Source: an uncultured Acidobacteriota bacterium (lineage in GTDB: Bacteria; Acidobacteriota; UBA6911; CAINFC01). Taken from it: a DNA stretch of 64,000 nt. Positions within the stretch are counted from its first letter, which is position 1. Every line of letters begins with the position of its first letter. Made by a program: the position numbers and the translations under genes. The notes below the pieces were generated by a model. The model had not been told where the DNA came from, searched no databases, and saw nothing but the letters and a program-made list of their open reading frames with translations. This document shows, one piece after another, positions 1 to 10,835 of the stretch. The stretch lies in assembly GCA_964617125.1 (NCBI GenBank), contig CAZTVS010000001.1:14296-78295 (forward strand). Reading direction: 5' to 3'.

Positions 1-1392
1 GAAATATTTTACCTGCGTCATCTGGCAACGCTTTGGCTTTCCGCTCTTACAACCGTCTTGCTGTTAAGGCAATGGGCCACTCTCGAGTGGGCCTGCCTGG
101 GAGGACTTTTCTTTTTATTAGGATCGCCTCTGGCCGTAATTTCCGGGCAGTTGATGTGCCGGCATTATCTGGAAGGCCTCATTTTCTCCTCACTGGCCGT
201 GGCCTTTTATCTCAAGTGTCTTCGGGGCGGAACCTATCGATGGGCATTGCTGTCAGGTCTGTGCTATTTTGCCGCCATCAGTTGTAAAGAGGTTTATGTA
301 CCGCTTCCCATCGTCCTGTTTTTCCTTCCGGAAGGAGCTTTGCCGCGACGCATTCGAGCCGGAATACCCATCTTCCTCATAGGATTACTCTATATTCCAT
401 GGAGACACTTTATGTTGGGTTCCTATCTGGGAGGAATGGGGCTGGAGGTGTCCGCCGGAAAATGGTTGGCTTTACCGTTCGATTTTTGGAGATACCTGTT
501 CGGTCCAATGCAAATCCCGGCGCTGCTCCTGGCTCTGATTTTTTTTACCCTGATTTCCTGGAAAAATTGGAGAATGGGCTTGTTCCTTTTGGTTTGCATG
601 GCAGTTCTGTTAGGACCGTTAGCCCCCATTTCTTCCTTCATCGTGGATACGGATCGCTATTTCCTGCCGCTCTGGTGGTTTTTGTCCCTGACAACTCTCC
701 TGTTGGTAAGGTATGTCGCCATCGCTATTCCCCGGTCCTATGTCGCAGCGGCGGCCATATTGGTGGCTCTGGGTGGTGGTGCCCTTTGGAAAAATGGTCA
801 AACCAGGGAACGATGGGAGCCGATACACCATGAATTTGACGTTCAAGGGCGTTTTTTATGGGATGAAGGCAGCGCGAAGGATGCCGTAATCCTGAGTCCG
901 CTCATGTCTCGCAATTATTGGTATGTAGTCGGCCTGGACTGGCTAAAGAAAATAAGATTGCCGGAAAAAGAAATCGCTAAGATCTGGATTGACGAAAGGG
1001 AGTATGAGGAGGTTTTGCAGAACGGCGGGAGAATTTGGGAATACAGGCCGGAAACGGGGAAGATGAAGGAAATTCAAGACCAGGTGCCGTTCCGGCTTAA
1101 GCAATGGAAGTCGAAGGTAACAGATCGGCCGCTTACCTTGGATTTTCGTTATGACCGGGAAGAGGGAGTTGTTGCCTGGCAATTCGGACCCTATGAAATG
1201 GGACGTTATCTAATCATTACAGATACCGGAGGGTTGTGGGAGTTGCCGTTGAGAGGGAAGTTACGCTCGGCTCTCAGGACAGACTTCCACATCACTCTGC
1301 GTTATGATGCTCCCGAAGGGTGGATCACTTATAGCGAGAAGTTGCCTTTTCTCCTAACGCAAGGGAAATCCATACAATGGCACAGACCCTAA
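1..1392 (+). CDS. Polytopic membrane protein, GT-C/ArnT-PMT-like glycosyltransferase candidate (5'-truncated by window edge)
   Basis: Reading frame is open from base 1; many hydrophobic helices, 'SCKE' and 'DRY' loop motifs, soluble C-terminal domain. Confidence 0.5.
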   Translation, partial: EIFYLRHLATLWLSALTTVLLLRQWATLEWACLGGLFFLLGSPLAVISGQLMCRHYLEGLIFSSLAVAFYLKCLRGGTYRWALLSGLCYFAAISCKEVYVPLPIVLFFLPEGALPRRIRAGIPIFLIGLLYIPWRHFMLGSYLGGMGLEVSAGKWLALPFDFWRYLFGPMQIPALLLALIFFTLISWKNWRMGLFLLVCMAVLLGPLAPISSFIVDTDRYFLPLWWFLSLTTLLLVRYVAIAIPRSYVAAAAILVALGGGALWKNGQTRERWEPIHHEFDVQGRFLWDEGSAKDAVILSPLMSRNYWYVVGLDWLKKIRLPEKEIAKIWIDEREYEEVLQNGGRIWEYRPETGKMKEIQDQVPFRLKQWKSKVTDRPLTLDFRYDREEGVVAWQFGPYEMGRYLIITDTGGLWELPLRGKLRSALRTDFHITLRYDAPEGWITYSEKLPFLLTQGKSIQWHRP

Positions 1393-1443
1393 AATAAACC
1401 GTTTCGATGACGGTCTCGATTTCAGGAAAGAGAGTGTCCAGAC

Positions 1444-1472
1444 TTGATATCCACGCCTTAGAGTGTTATTTT
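1444..1472 (+). promoter_or_regulatory. Putative sigma70 promoter for the lipid operon
   Basis: TTGATA (1444-1449), 17-bp spacer, TG-n-TATTTT (1467-1472) upstream of ATG 1505. Confidence 0.35.
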
Positions 1473-1504
1473 GTATGCCTTTTTGATGGCGTTTACCATC
1501 GATC

Positions 1505-3865
1505 ATGAAATCGAAAATGGATAATGAAAATATCGGCGTTAACCAGCGGGTAGATTCGGCTGCGGTACCACTGTCCGGAGATCCCGTCTTTTGGCGTGTG
1601 GAAGGCAGCCTCCTGAATCTCGGGGCGGTCCGTCCGGTGGCCTTTTTCACCTGGAATGCCCAGAGTTTTACCGAGAGGTGGATACGAAGGGGACTTCTCT
1701 TCCTATCCGCTCTGTTTCGGCCGTTGCTCTATGCTTGTAACCGGTCCTTTGCTACCCGATTGCTCCATATCCTGCTTCGCGGTGTCAGCCGGGACCGTAT
1801 GGATCTTCTGGGAGAGGAATTCTTCGAGTACCGGTTGAAACCCAATCTGCGTAAGAAGGGGGTAGATTGCCTGAAGCAGCACCTGATGGCGGGAGAACGT
1901 ATCATTCTGGTCAGTCAGGGGTTGGATCACCTGATGAAGCCCCTGGCGGCCTTCCTCGGCGTGAAAGAGGTGCTGGCTAACCGGCTTGATTTCCACCAGG
2001 GTTTGGCGACCGGGAGATTGATCGGACCGGTCATACGTCCGCGAGGTCTGTTCGCCCGCATAAAACGCCGTAAGCCGGATGGCAGGATGTCGACCGAAGA
2101 ACTCTATCGGGATCTGGGTTTTTCCGTGACCATTCCCGATCTGCTCCAGGACGTAATGCCTTCCCGGCGGGAAAATCACGTCGTCATTTTTCCGGCGGTC
2201 GTATGCGATGATCAGGAAAAAACGGCCGGCTTTTCCGTCCGGGAGAATCTCTCCGGGAAAACGATCCTGCTCATTGGGGTCACCGGATTTATCGGAAAGG
2301 TATGGCTCACCCAGCTGCTGGAAAATCTGCCGGAAATCCGAAAGATCTACCTGTTGATTCGGAAACAACGTTCTTCCACGGCCCAGAAACGTTTTAAGAA
2401 AATGATGGAGGATTCTCCCGTCTTTGATACCCTCTATGAAAGGCACGGATCCGATTTTACCCGTTTCATGGAGAGTTATGTCGAGGTTATCGAAGGAGAT
2501 CTGACGAAAAGCAATCTGGGACTCGACGAAGATGTCGCGCAAAAACTACGTGAGGAACTGGATCTGGTTGTCAACAGCTCCGGATTGACCGATTTTAATC
2601 CTGATCTGCGTAGTGCTATCACCGCGAATATTGAAGCTCCCTTGCAGGCTGTCGAATTTATTCGCAGTTGCCGGAAGGCTGCCCTGATGCATCTTTCCAC
2701 CTGTTTCGTAGCCGGTTTGTGCGATGGACGTATCCCCGAGAATCCCTCGGCAAATTATAATCCCAAGAGAGATAAGAATTTCCAGGCAGAACAGGAACTG
2801 ATTACCGTCCGGAAACTGGTTGCTGAGGCGGTACTGTATTCCGAAAGTGATGAACTGGGTAAAGAACTCGAAGATCAGTTGCAGGGCAAAAAGACAGGGG
2901 AAGACGCCGCCAACACCGGAATCTCCGAGACTCAAGTACGCAAGGCCCGTTCCCGTTGGTTACGGCAACAGGTTACCGATATAGGCATTCAACGGGCCAG
3001 ACTCTGGGGCTGGCCCAACATTTATACCTACACAAAAAGTCTGACCGAATCCCTGATAGAAACCCGTGCCCATGATTTGCCGATAGCCATCGTCAGGCCT
3101 TCCATCGTGGAGACATCGACACATCATCCTTTTCCCGGATGGAATGAAGGAGTGAATACATCCGCTCCACTTTCCTATCTTTTAGGGACCTACTTTCGTC
3201 AGCTCCCGTCCAACGAGGAGAAATGTCTCGACATCGTACCTGTCGACCTGGTTTGCCGAGGAATGACCTTGATCGCAGCTGCTCTGGTTACCCGACACCA
3301 TCAAAGGGTGTATCAATTGGCCTCCTCCTCCAAAAATCCGTGCAACATGCGCCGATCCATCGAATTGACCGGGCTGGCTCATAGAAAACACTACCGCGCC
3401 CAGGAAGGGCTGGAATCCTGGCTGCGAGCGCGTTCCGATTCCATTTCCGTATCCAAAACACGTTACGAACAGATGTCCGTTCCCCGGCAAAAGAAGCTCA
3501 TACACCTCCTGCAGTTGCTGAGTCGGCCTGTTCCGCCGCTGGTGAAAAGTCTGGTTCGCAAGGAGAGGGCCATGGAGCGGGTCGAGGGTATCGTCGAACT
3601 TTATGAACCGTTTATCCTTCATAATCAGCACGTATTCGAATCGGATCACATAGAATTCTTGTCTCAGGCCATTCCGGAAGAAGAGAGATCCCTGTTCGGT
3701 TATGACGTATTCGGTTTTGACTGGTGGCATTACTGGATTAATATCCATGTTCCGGCTTTACGCAAGTGGTGTTATCCGTTGATCGAACAAAAACCGATGG
3801 AACATCGCCGGTCCAGGTCACTTTCGTCCTCGGACCAAGCACAGAACCTCAATCAAGACATATGA
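1505..3865 (+). CDS. HAD-IB-like domain fused to fatty acyl-CoA reductase (male-sterility SDR + C-terminal 'sterile' domain)
   Basis: N-terminal HAD-like region ([20 protein letters not shown]); [11 protein letters not shown](P)H motif; WPNIYTYTK YxxxK; C-terminal DWWHYW..H.PALRK typical of FARs. Confidence 0.85.
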   Translation: MKSKMDNENIGVNQRVDSAAVPLSGDPVFWRVEGSLLNLGAVRPVAFFTWNAQSFTERWIRRGLLFLSALFRPLLYACNRSFATRLLHILLRGVSRDRMDLLGEEFFEYRLKPNLRKKGVDCLKQHLMAGERIILVSQGLDHLMKPLAAFLGVKEVLANRLDFHQGLATGRLIGPVIRPRGLFARIKRRKPDGRMSTEELYRDLGFSVTIPDLLQDVMPSRRENHVVIFPAVVCDDQEKTAGFSVRENLSGKTILLIGVTGFIGKVWLTQLLENLPEIRKIYLLIRKQRSSTAQKRFKKMMEDSPVFDTLYERHGSDFTRFMESYVEVIEGDLTKSNLGLDEDVAQKLREELDLVVNSSGLTDFNPDLRSAITANIEAPLQAVEFIRSCRKAALMHLSTCFVAGLCDGRIPENPSANYNPKRDKNFQAEQELITVRKLVAEAVLYSESDELGKELEDQLQGKKTGEDAANTGISETQVRKARSRWLRQQVTDIGIQRARLWGWPNIYTYTKSLTESLIETRAHDLPIAIVRPSIVETSTHHPFPGWNEGVNTSAPLSYLLGTYFRQLPSNEEKCLDIVPVDLVCRGMTLIAAALVTRHHQRVYQLASSSKNPCNMRRSIELTGLAHRKHYRAQEGLESWLRARSDSISVSKTRYEQMSVPRQKKLIHLLQLLSRPVPPLVKSLVRKERAMERVEGIVELYEPFILHNQHVFESDHIEFLSQAIPEEERSLFGYDVFGFDWWHYWINIHVPALRKWCYPLIEQKPMEHRRSRSLSSSDQAQNLNQDI

Positions 3866-5007
3866 ACATCTTTCTTACCGGCTCCACTGGGTATATCGGC
3901 GCACATGTAGCGTATAATCTTCTTTCTTCGAATCCGGAACATCGGTTGAATCTGCTGGTTCGGGCCAAGGACCTTGGCGAAGCCAGAGACCGTATCTGGC
4001 AGGCGTGGCAGCTGCATGACGAATTTCCCCTCATTCGTGAATGGCTGGGCACAAGGGTGCAGATCTTTACCGGCGATCTGACCTCGTCGCAATTCGGTCT
4101 CAGTGCCGAGAGTTACACCAAGCTGATACGTACTTCCGATTCGATCATTCATTGCGCGGCCTCGCTCAATCGACGATCGGAGAAGTCCTGTCTCAAGGTC
4201 AATCTGCGCGGCACTCTGGAAATGACCCAGCTGGGCATGCGTATTCGAGAGGACCACGGTCTGCAGTGTTTCAGCCATGTGAGCACAGTGGCCGTGGCCG
4301 GAGTGCGACATAACGAAGTCGTGGTGGAGGATCGTTCGGTGGATTGGGAACGCTCCGACTACGATCCCTATGCCCGTACCAAGAAGTTTTGCGAACACAT
4401 GATACAGGAGCTGTTGAGGGGCGTTCCCGTCAACATTTTTCGTCCCAGTATCGTTCTGGGAGACAGCCGCTATGGAAAGACAACCCAATTCGATATGGTG
4501 CAGGCGTTTGTATTTTTAGCCGGCTTGCCTGTTTTACCCTTCAGGTCCACAGACCAGATCGATATCGTCAACGTGGATTACGTGGCGGAGGCCATAGCCA
4601 GAATCCATACCCAGATCGAGCCCGGGCCTGGAGTTCGAATTTTTCATCTTTCTTCAGGGAAATCGTCTCAAACCTATCGGGAACTGACCAAGGCACTGGC
4701 GGAAAAGCAGGGGAAAAGGACGCCGATCTTTCTTCCTTGCCTGGAAAAGCCGTTTACTTCTCTGGTGAATTTTCTGGCGAACCGGAGGTCGTTGCCGGGG
4801 AGCCGGCTTGCTTCCCTGATGAAGGTGTTCATGCCCTATCTGGTCTGGAACACGGTGTTCGACAACCGCCGGGTGGTGGAAACGATCGGTTATGCGCCCA
4901 AACCATTTACGGATTATTGTTATCCGCTGTTGAAATTCAGCTTGGAGAATCATTTTCGTTATCCCTATCGTAGTTGGCCGGAACAGCAAGGAAACAAAAC
5001 CATATGA
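3862..5007 (+). CDS. Extended SDR / thioester-reductase-like oxidoreductase
   Basis: Start [13 protein letters not shown] at an ATGA overlap with the upstream stop; HCAAS, YARTK and FRPSIV motifs. Confidence 0.85.
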   Translation: MNIFLTGSTGYIGAHVAYNLLSSNPEHRLNLLVRAKDLGEARDRIWQAWQLHDEFPLIREWLGTRVQIFTGDLTSSQFGLSAESYTKLIRTSDSIIHCAASLNRRSEKSCLKVNLRGTLEMTQLGMRIREDHGLQCFSHVSTVAVAGVRHNEVVVEDRSVDWERSDYDPYARTKKFCEHMIQELLRGVPVNIFRPSIVLGDSRYGKTTQFDMVQAFVFLAGLPVLPFRSTDQIDIVNVDYVAEAIARIHTQIEPGPGVRIFHLSSGKSSQTYRELTKALAEKQGKRTPIFLPCLEKPFTSLVNFLANRRSLPGSRLASLMKVFMPYLVWNTVFDNRRVVETIGYAPKPFTDYCYPLLKFSLENHFRYPYRSWPEQQGNKTI

Positions 5008-6419
5008 TGGATTTCGTACTGCAAGCCTGGGTCGGCAGACTGATCGAGCTGACACGATGGAAGTGGATGCTGGGTTCCGGACAGCGATGGCGTCCCGGGA
5101 AGAAGCTCAAACTCCTCTTCGCCGGATATAACGGCACGCGTAACACCGGAGCGGACGTGCGGGTGGAAGAGATGTTGCGTCAGATACGCTGGATTCTCGG
5201 AGCCGATCGTGTGGAACTGAGCGTGATGTCGCAGAACTTCCGGCGAACCCAGGGGTATTTCCAGGGAACTAGGCAAGTTCATTTGCCCGATATTTTTCCG
5301 CCTTTTCTATACAGGGAAATTCCGCAACACGATGGTGTGGTCGCCTGTGAAGGATCCATGTTCAAGAGTAAATTCGCCAACGCCTTAACGACCATGATGA
5401 TCGGTTCGTTGGGTATGGCAACCGTGGAAAACAAGCTCTCCGTGGGTTATGGGGCGGAAGCGGGCTATATGGACCCATCTCTGGCGCGTATGTGTGCCAG
5501 GTACTGCCGCAAATCCCTGATCATTACCAGAAACGAAGAATCGATGAAGGTATTGGCAGATCTGGGAATTTCCTCCGAACTGGGAACCGACACCGCCTGG
5601 ACTTTTGAACCTTTACCGGCGGAGTATGGCCTGGGAGAGCTAAAGAAGACCGGATGGGATGGAAAGACACCCATTTTGGCATTGTGTCCCATCAATCCAT
5701 TCTGGTGGCCGGTCAGGGCATCTGTGGCCAAGTACGCGGCCAGGATCCTTTTTGGGTCTTACAAAGACAGTCATTATCGGACCGTCTATTTCCACAACTC
5801 CGGAACCAAGGTCCAGGAGAAGTACAAAAGGTATCTGCAAGGAATAGCCGCCGCGGTCGATGCCTTTCGCCGTGAGAAGCGTGTCTTCCCCATTTTATTT
5901 GCCATGGAGAGGCTGGATGTCGGATCCTGCCACCGGCTGAACGAACTGCTCCAGGAGAAGGTCCCGGTTTTAACCTCTGATCAATATGATATGTATCAGA
6001 TGGTCAGCCTGTTGCGATGCTGTCACCTGCTGGTGTCTTCCCGTTATCACGGCATTGTAACGGCCATGCCCGCACTGGTTCCTTCCGCAGGTATCACCAT
6101 GGATGAGCGAATCCGGAATCTTATGCATGAGAGAGGGCATGATCATCTGTTACTACAGGTGGATGACGTCCATATGTCGGAAAAACTCGTTTCCATTTTA
6201 AGAAGTCTGGAGAAAGAACAGGAATCCATCAAGGACGGAATCGGCAAAACCGTAGCCAAGAATATCAAGGTGATGGCACGGATGGGAGTCTTTTTCGAGG
6301 ATCAGGTACGACGTACCTATCCGGATTTTCCCTTGCGTGCAGGTGTGCGTACGTGGGAGGAGTATCTGCCACCATTGAGTCCCCGGGTGCGAAAACTTCT
6401 GGAGAGTTATACCGTATGA
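5004..6419 (+). CDS. Polysaccharide pyruvyl transferase family protein (GT-B-like)
   Basis: [13 protein letters not shown]-terminal motif, TRNEES, TDTAW, SSRYHG C-terminal motif; ATGA overlap at 5004-5007. Confidence 0.75.
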   Translation: MMDFVLQAWVGRLIELTRWKWMLGSGQRWRPGKKLKLLFAGYNGTRNTGADVRVEEMLRQIRWILGADRVELSVMSQNFRRTQGYFQGTRQVHLPDIFPPFLYREIPQHDGVVACEGSMFKSKFANALTTMMIGSLGMATVENKLSVGYGAEAGYMDPSLARMCARYCRKSLIITRNEESMKVLADLGISSELGTDTAWTFEPLPAEYGLGELKKTGWDGKTPILALCPINPFWWPVRASVAKYAARILFGSYKDSHYRTVYFHNSGTKVQEKYKRYLQGIAAAVDAFRREKRVFPILFAMERLDVGSCHRLNELLQEKVPVLTSDQYDMYQMVSLLRCCHLLVSSRYHGIVTAMPALVPSAGITMDERIRNLMHERGHDHLLLQVDDVHMSEKLVSILRSLEKEQESIKDGIGKTVAKNIKVMARMGVFFEDQVRRTYPDFPLRAGVRTWEEYLPPLSPRVRKLLESYTV

Positions 6420-8083
6420 ACTTTTTGGAACTCATTTTGGAAAGGCTGGGAAAATCTTCAGAAACGGTTCTCCTGGAGGAAATGCAAGCGGGAAAACTCC
6501 ATTCCTTGACCGGCCGGGAAATCCTGCAAAAGATGACCGCTGTTCGTCGAACCCTTCAGGAAGAGGGTGTTCAGCCGGGCGATAGGTGTGTTTTGCTTTC
6601 GCCAAACGGCGTCTCCTGCGCTTGCGTACACCTGGCCATCATCGCCCATGGGGCCGTTTGTGTGCCCATGTATTCGCGACAGGCTCCGGCGGAACTGGCG
6701 GCCATGGTCGCCGATTGTCAGCCTTCATTGCTTATCTGTTCCGATGAAGGACTGAAGGAGGGAATGCAAAAGACCGGGGCCACGCTTCCCAAGATGATTC
6801 TGTTTTCCCAGCTGTTCCGGGAGGGAATTACAGGAGAAGATCCCCTTGCCGCGCCATCCGCTGTGATCCGCAACAGTTCGGATCCGGTAGTCATCATATA
6901 TACCTCAGGAACATCCGGAGAGCCGAAAGGCGTCCTTCTCCATGTCGGCAACATCGATCATATGCTGGGATGCACCAGTGATCGGCTGACACGTCTGATG
7001 AGCGGGACGAATTGCGATCAGGAGCGTGTCTATCACTATTTGCCGGTCAATTACGCCGGTTCCTGGATCCTTATGCTGACCAGCCTTCTGCGTGGCAGCC
7101 GATTGACTTTTTGCACCGATCTGAACCGTATCGCCGACGATCTCGTTTTTGTTTCCCCCCATTACTTTTTGAATGTTCCCATCCTTTTGGAACGAATACG
7201 AAGTGGTATTGAAGGCAAGATGCGGAAAGAAGGCGGGATCGTGGCCGCCTTGTTTCAGAAGGCGCAGAAAGCCTGGTATCGACGAGAAGAAGGGAAAAAG
7301 CGAACCGGAGACGGAATCTGGTTCCATATCGCCGACCGCCTGATCTTTCGAGCGGTACGGAAGAGGTTCGGCACGAGGTTGAAGGCGATTATATGCGGAT
7401 CTGCTCCCCTGTCCCTGGAAACGCAACAATTCTTTCAAATGATGGGCATTTCTATCCTGCAGGTTTACGGTTTGACCGAGACAACCGCCATCTGCACCAT
7501 GGACGATCCCGACCATGTGGAGATGGGGTGGGTCGGACCGGCAGTAGACGGGGTCGAGATGAAACTGGGAGAGATGGATGAGATCCTGGTGAAAGGTCCC
7601 AATGTTTTTCCGGGGTATTGGCATCGTCCTCAGGCAACCGCCGCCGCTTTTTGCGATGGTTGGTTCCGCACCGGGGACCAGGGGGAAGTCAATCAGAGAG
7701 GGAACTGGCGTATTATCGGACGTATCAAGAATCTGCTGATCCTGAGTTCCGGACATAATGTGGCTCCGGAACCGATGGAAGAATGCCTGTTGAAAAGCAT
7801 ACCCGGTATCCGGCAGGTCATTCTGATCGGTCATGGGAAAAGTTTCCTTTCGGCCCTGCTCACCGGTGAGGCCCGGACGGAAGATATAGAGAAAGCGGTG
7901 GAGTCGATCAACGGCACACTGCCTCATTATAAGCGGATTCGTGCCTATCGCCTGCTGGAGGAACCTTTCAGCATCGAAAACGGTCTGTTGACCGCCAACG
8001 GGAAATTGAAAAGAGATCAGATACAGATCCGTTGGGACTCCCGTATCCAGGAGATGTACAGCACCGATTCCACGGCACACTAA
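6416..8083 (+). CDS. Long-chain fatty acid--CoA ligase (AMP-forming)
   Basis: YTSGTSGEPKG, YGLTET, FRTGD, GRIKNL, LTANGKLKR adenylation motifs; ATGA overlap at 6416-6419. Confidence 0.9.
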   Translation: MNFLELILERLGKSSETVLLEEMQAGKLHSLTGREILQKMTAVRRTLQEEGVQPGDRCVLLSPNGVSCACVHLAIIAHGAVCVPMYSRQAPAELAAMVADCQPSLLICSDEGLKEGMQKTGATLPKMILFSQLFREGITGEDPLAAPSAVIRNSSDPVVIIYTSGTSGEPKGVLLHVGNIDHMLGCTSDRLTRLMSGTNCDQERVYHYLPVNYAGSWILMLTSLLRGSRLTFCTDLNRIADDLVFVSPHYFLNVPILLERIRSGIEGKMRKEGGIVAALFQKAQKAWYRREEGKKRTGDGIWFHIADRLIFRAVRKRFGTRLKAIICGSAPLSLETQQFFQMMGISILQVYGLTETTAICTMDDPDHVEMGWVGPAVDGVEMKLGEMDEILVKGPNVFPGYWHRPQATAAAFCDGWFRTGDQGEVNQRGNWRIIGRIKNLLILSSGHNVAPEPMEECLLKSIPGIRQVILIGHGKSFLSALLTGEARTEDIEKAVESINGTLPHYKRIRAYRLLEEPFSIENGLLTANGKLKRDQIQIRWDSRIQEMYSTDSTAH

Positions 8084-8108
8084 AGGCGAAATCATCAAGG
8101 AACCTTTC

Positions 8109-8912
8109 ATGGGAAATTTTCAAGGACAATCCCTGTCCTGGGAATCTAAGGACCAAATCATCGAACTGGCCCTGCACCAGTCCCCGTGTAACGAGATCGG
8201 AACCGTCATGTTGGGGGAACTGGAAACCTTTGTCGCAGCATTGCCGGTTCTGCAGACAGAGAACAACGCTCTGATTCTTTACAGTCGATTGCCTTCCGGT
8301 TTTAGTGCCGGCGCCGACCTACGTGAGTTCTGGCGGGGGATATATGGGCTTCCGCTTTCCGATCGCAGGAACGGAATACGTTCCTTCCTGCAGCGGATTC
8401 ATCGAGTCATGAATACCTTGGATATGGCTCCCATTCTGACCATCGCCGCTGTCCACGGAGTAACCTTCGGGGGAGGTTTTGAACTGGCTCTGACTTCCGA
8501 TCTGATCATTGCGGAAAAGAGTGCCCGATTCTGTTTCCCGGAGTTACGTTTGGGCCTGATTCCCGGTTTTGGAGGAATTCCTCGCCTGCGAAGAGATATC
8601 GGAAATGCAGCCATCCGTGACCTGCTGCTGACCGGCAGAAGCTGGAATGCAGTCAGAGCCCAGCAAATCGGTCTGGTATCCCAACTGGTCGGAGAGGGAC
8701 AGGCTTTGGAAACGGCTCGCCGGGCAGCTCTGCAACAAAACAAATTCGATGCAGGGACCCGTAAGGCAGCCAAGTTTTTCATCAAGGACCTTCCACGGGA
8801 AGAACTGGAACGGGAAATGGAAATATTTTGCGATTTGGTAAGTCGACCCGCTCTGGAAGAGGGTTTGAGGAGATTTGTGGAAAACCGTGGACCCCTTCCT
8901 TACCTGCCGTAA
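8109..8912 (+). CDS. Enoyl-CoA hydratase/isomerase (crotonase) family
   Basis: FSAGADL oxyanion motif; GGGFE and FPELRLGLIPG retain both catalytic Glu. Confidence 0.9.
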   Translation: MGNFQGQSLSWESKDQIIELALHQSPCNEIGTVMLGELETFVAALPVLQTENNALILYSRLPSGFSAGADLREFWRGIYGLPLSDRRNGIRSFLQRIHRVMNTLDMAPILTIAAVHGVTFGGGFELALTSDLIIAEKSARFCFPELRLGLIPGFGGIPRLRRDIGNAAIRDLLLTGRSWNAVRAQQIGLVSQLVGEGQALETARRAALQQNKFDAGTRKAAKFFIKDLPREELEREMEIFCDLVSRPALEEGLRRFVENRGPLPYLP

Positions 8913-9086
8913 ACCATCGTTCGAGCGAACGACAATCAAGTTCATCCTTCTCAATTCCAGGGTGGGAGGGAAAGCGGCCCCCTACGACCCGCCCTTGGAA
9001 GTTCTTCTGCTCCCGACCGGAAAAACCCCTCCTTTGGCGACTGGAATGGGGTAATATTTCCTTATCAAACGGCAAAGGACAATCAT

Positions 9087-10385
9087 ATGGCAACAAATCC
9101 AATCCCGGCTTTGCGTAAAAGGGCGGTGGCGGTAATTATGGGTGGTGGCGCCGGGACCAGGCTGTTCCCCTTGACCAAAGACAGAGCCAAACCGGCCGTG
9201 CCATTGGGCGGTAAATACCGATTGGTCGATATTCCCATCAGCAATTGCTTGAATTCCGATTTAAGAAAAATTTACCTCCTGACTCAGTTCAACAGTTTAT
9301 CGCTGCATCGTCATATCCAACGCACGTATAAGTTCGATGAATTCTCCCGTGGTTTTGTAGAAATCATGGCTGCACGGCAATCGCTTGACTATGGCGGCTG
9401 GTATCAAGGAACAGCCGATGCTGTCAGGCAAAATCTCAGCAGTTTCGACAACGAACCCCACGATCTGGTTCTCATCCTGTCAGGAGATCAACTTTACCGC
9501 ATGAACTTCCGGCATCTGATCGCTCAACACCTTCTCTTCGGGTCGGACATAACGGTTGCCACTCTGCCGGTGCAAAGGGAAATGGTGCCCGGGTTCGGCA
9601 TCATGCAGATCGATTCGGATCTACGAATCAGGAAGTTTGTCGAAAAGCCGAAAGAGAGAGAGGTCCAGGATCAGTTCAAGCTGGACGCAAGAACCATAAA
9701 AAATATCGGGTTGAAACCCGGTAAAGAGTCTTTTCTGGCCTCCATGGGAATCTATATCTTCAACCGGGAGGTCCTGAGCAAGGTCCTCAACCAGAATCCC
9801 TCCATGATGGATTTCGGCAAAGATATCATCCCTCTGTCGCTTGCCAAACAACGGGTACATGCCTATATATTTCAGGGATATTGGGAGGATATTGGTACGA
9901 TAGGGGCTTTTTATCAAGCCAATCTGGATTTATGCGAACCAAATCCAAAATTCAATTTTTTTGACGTTCGTGAACCGATTCACACACGCCCGCGCAATCT
10001 GCCACCGACCACCATCGAGGGTGCCTCGATGAAAAAGGTGGTTATTTGTGATGGCTGTTATATATGCCGATCCAAACTGAAACGGGTTTTACTGGGAAAC
10101 AGGACCATCATCGGAAACGGTGCAACCATCGAGGATACAGTTTTGATGGGAGCCGACTACTTTCATCATGAGAGGATGGAACTGGCCGGGTCCATTCCTC
10201 TAGGCATTGGTGAGGGGACTGTCATTCGACAGGCCATTGTCGATAAAAATGCCCGCATCGGGAAAAATTGCACCATCTCCCCAAAGGGGAAACCCGAAAA
10301 TTTGGATCACGAGTTGTTTCACATACGTGACGGTATCCTGGTTATTCCCAAGAATACAGAAATCCCCGACAATACAATTTTGTAA
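9087..10385 (+). CDS. glgC: Glucose-1-phosphate adenylyltransferase
   Basis: GGGAGTRLFPLT..RAKPAVP, WYQGTADAV, FVEKP, ASMGIY, YWEDIGT, C-terminal beta-helix. Confidence 0.97.
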   Translation: MATNPIPALRKRAVAVIMGGGAGTRLFPLTKDRAKPAVPLGGKYRLVDIPISNCLNSDLRKIYLLTQFNSLSLHRHIQRTYKFDEFSRGFVEIMAARQSLDYGGWYQGTADAVRQNLSSFDNEPHDLVLILSGDQLYRMNFRHLIAQHLLFGSDITVATLPVQREMVPGFGIMQIDSDLRIRKFVEKPKEREVQDQFKLDARTIKNIGLKPGKESFLASMGIYIFNREVLSKVLNQNPSMMDFGKDIIPLSLAKQRVHAYIFQGYWEDIGTIGAFYQANLDLCEPNPKFNFFDVREPIHTRPRNLPPTTIEGASMKKVVICDGCYICRSKLKRVLLGNRTIIGNGATIEDTVLMGADYFHHERMELAGSIPLGIGEGTVIRQAIVDKNARIGKNCTISPKGKPENLDHELFHIRDGILVIPKNTEIPDNTIL

Positions 10386-10511
10386 AAGAAGGCACAAAAC
10401 GGACACGGAAAGTAGATGGAGAAAGAGATTTCTTCTCTTCCTGAGGTTTTTCCTGATGGGTGCCGATAGGGGATCTTCTAACCACCTCCTGTCAATCATG
10501 GATTTCTGAAC

Positions 10512-10823
10512 ATGCAAGGGTATTGGGAATTAAAAAGGAAAGAGCAGCGTGTCAACCTGCGTGTCCAAGTCAAACTGCATGGTATCGACGCCCACGGCAA
10601 TCGTTTCGAAGAAAAATGCTACACGGAAAACGTAAGTCGTTCAGGGGCCATGATCCTGACACGGCATCAGCTTCTGTTAGGATCAGGCATTCAGATGGAT
10701 GCCTTCGGGAAATTTAAAAGCATGGTAACGGTCCGGCTTATTGTGAAAGATACGGGCAATCCCGAAATGTATAAAATCGGCGTTGAATTCAATGGACCGG
10801 TAAGCGGTTGGATTGTATATTGA
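10512..10823 (+). CDS. Stand-alone PilZ domain protein (c-di-GMP receptor candidate)
   Basis: RKEQR (RxxxR) and NVSRSG (NxSxxG) motifs, terminal GVEF. Confidence 0.75.
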   Translation: MQGYWELKRKEQRVNLRVQVKLHGIDAHGNRFEEKCYTENVSRSGAMILTRHQLLLGSGIQMDAFGKFKSMVTVRLIVKDTGNPEMYKIGVEFNGPVSGWIVY

Positions 10824-10835
10824 AATCGGCCGGAA

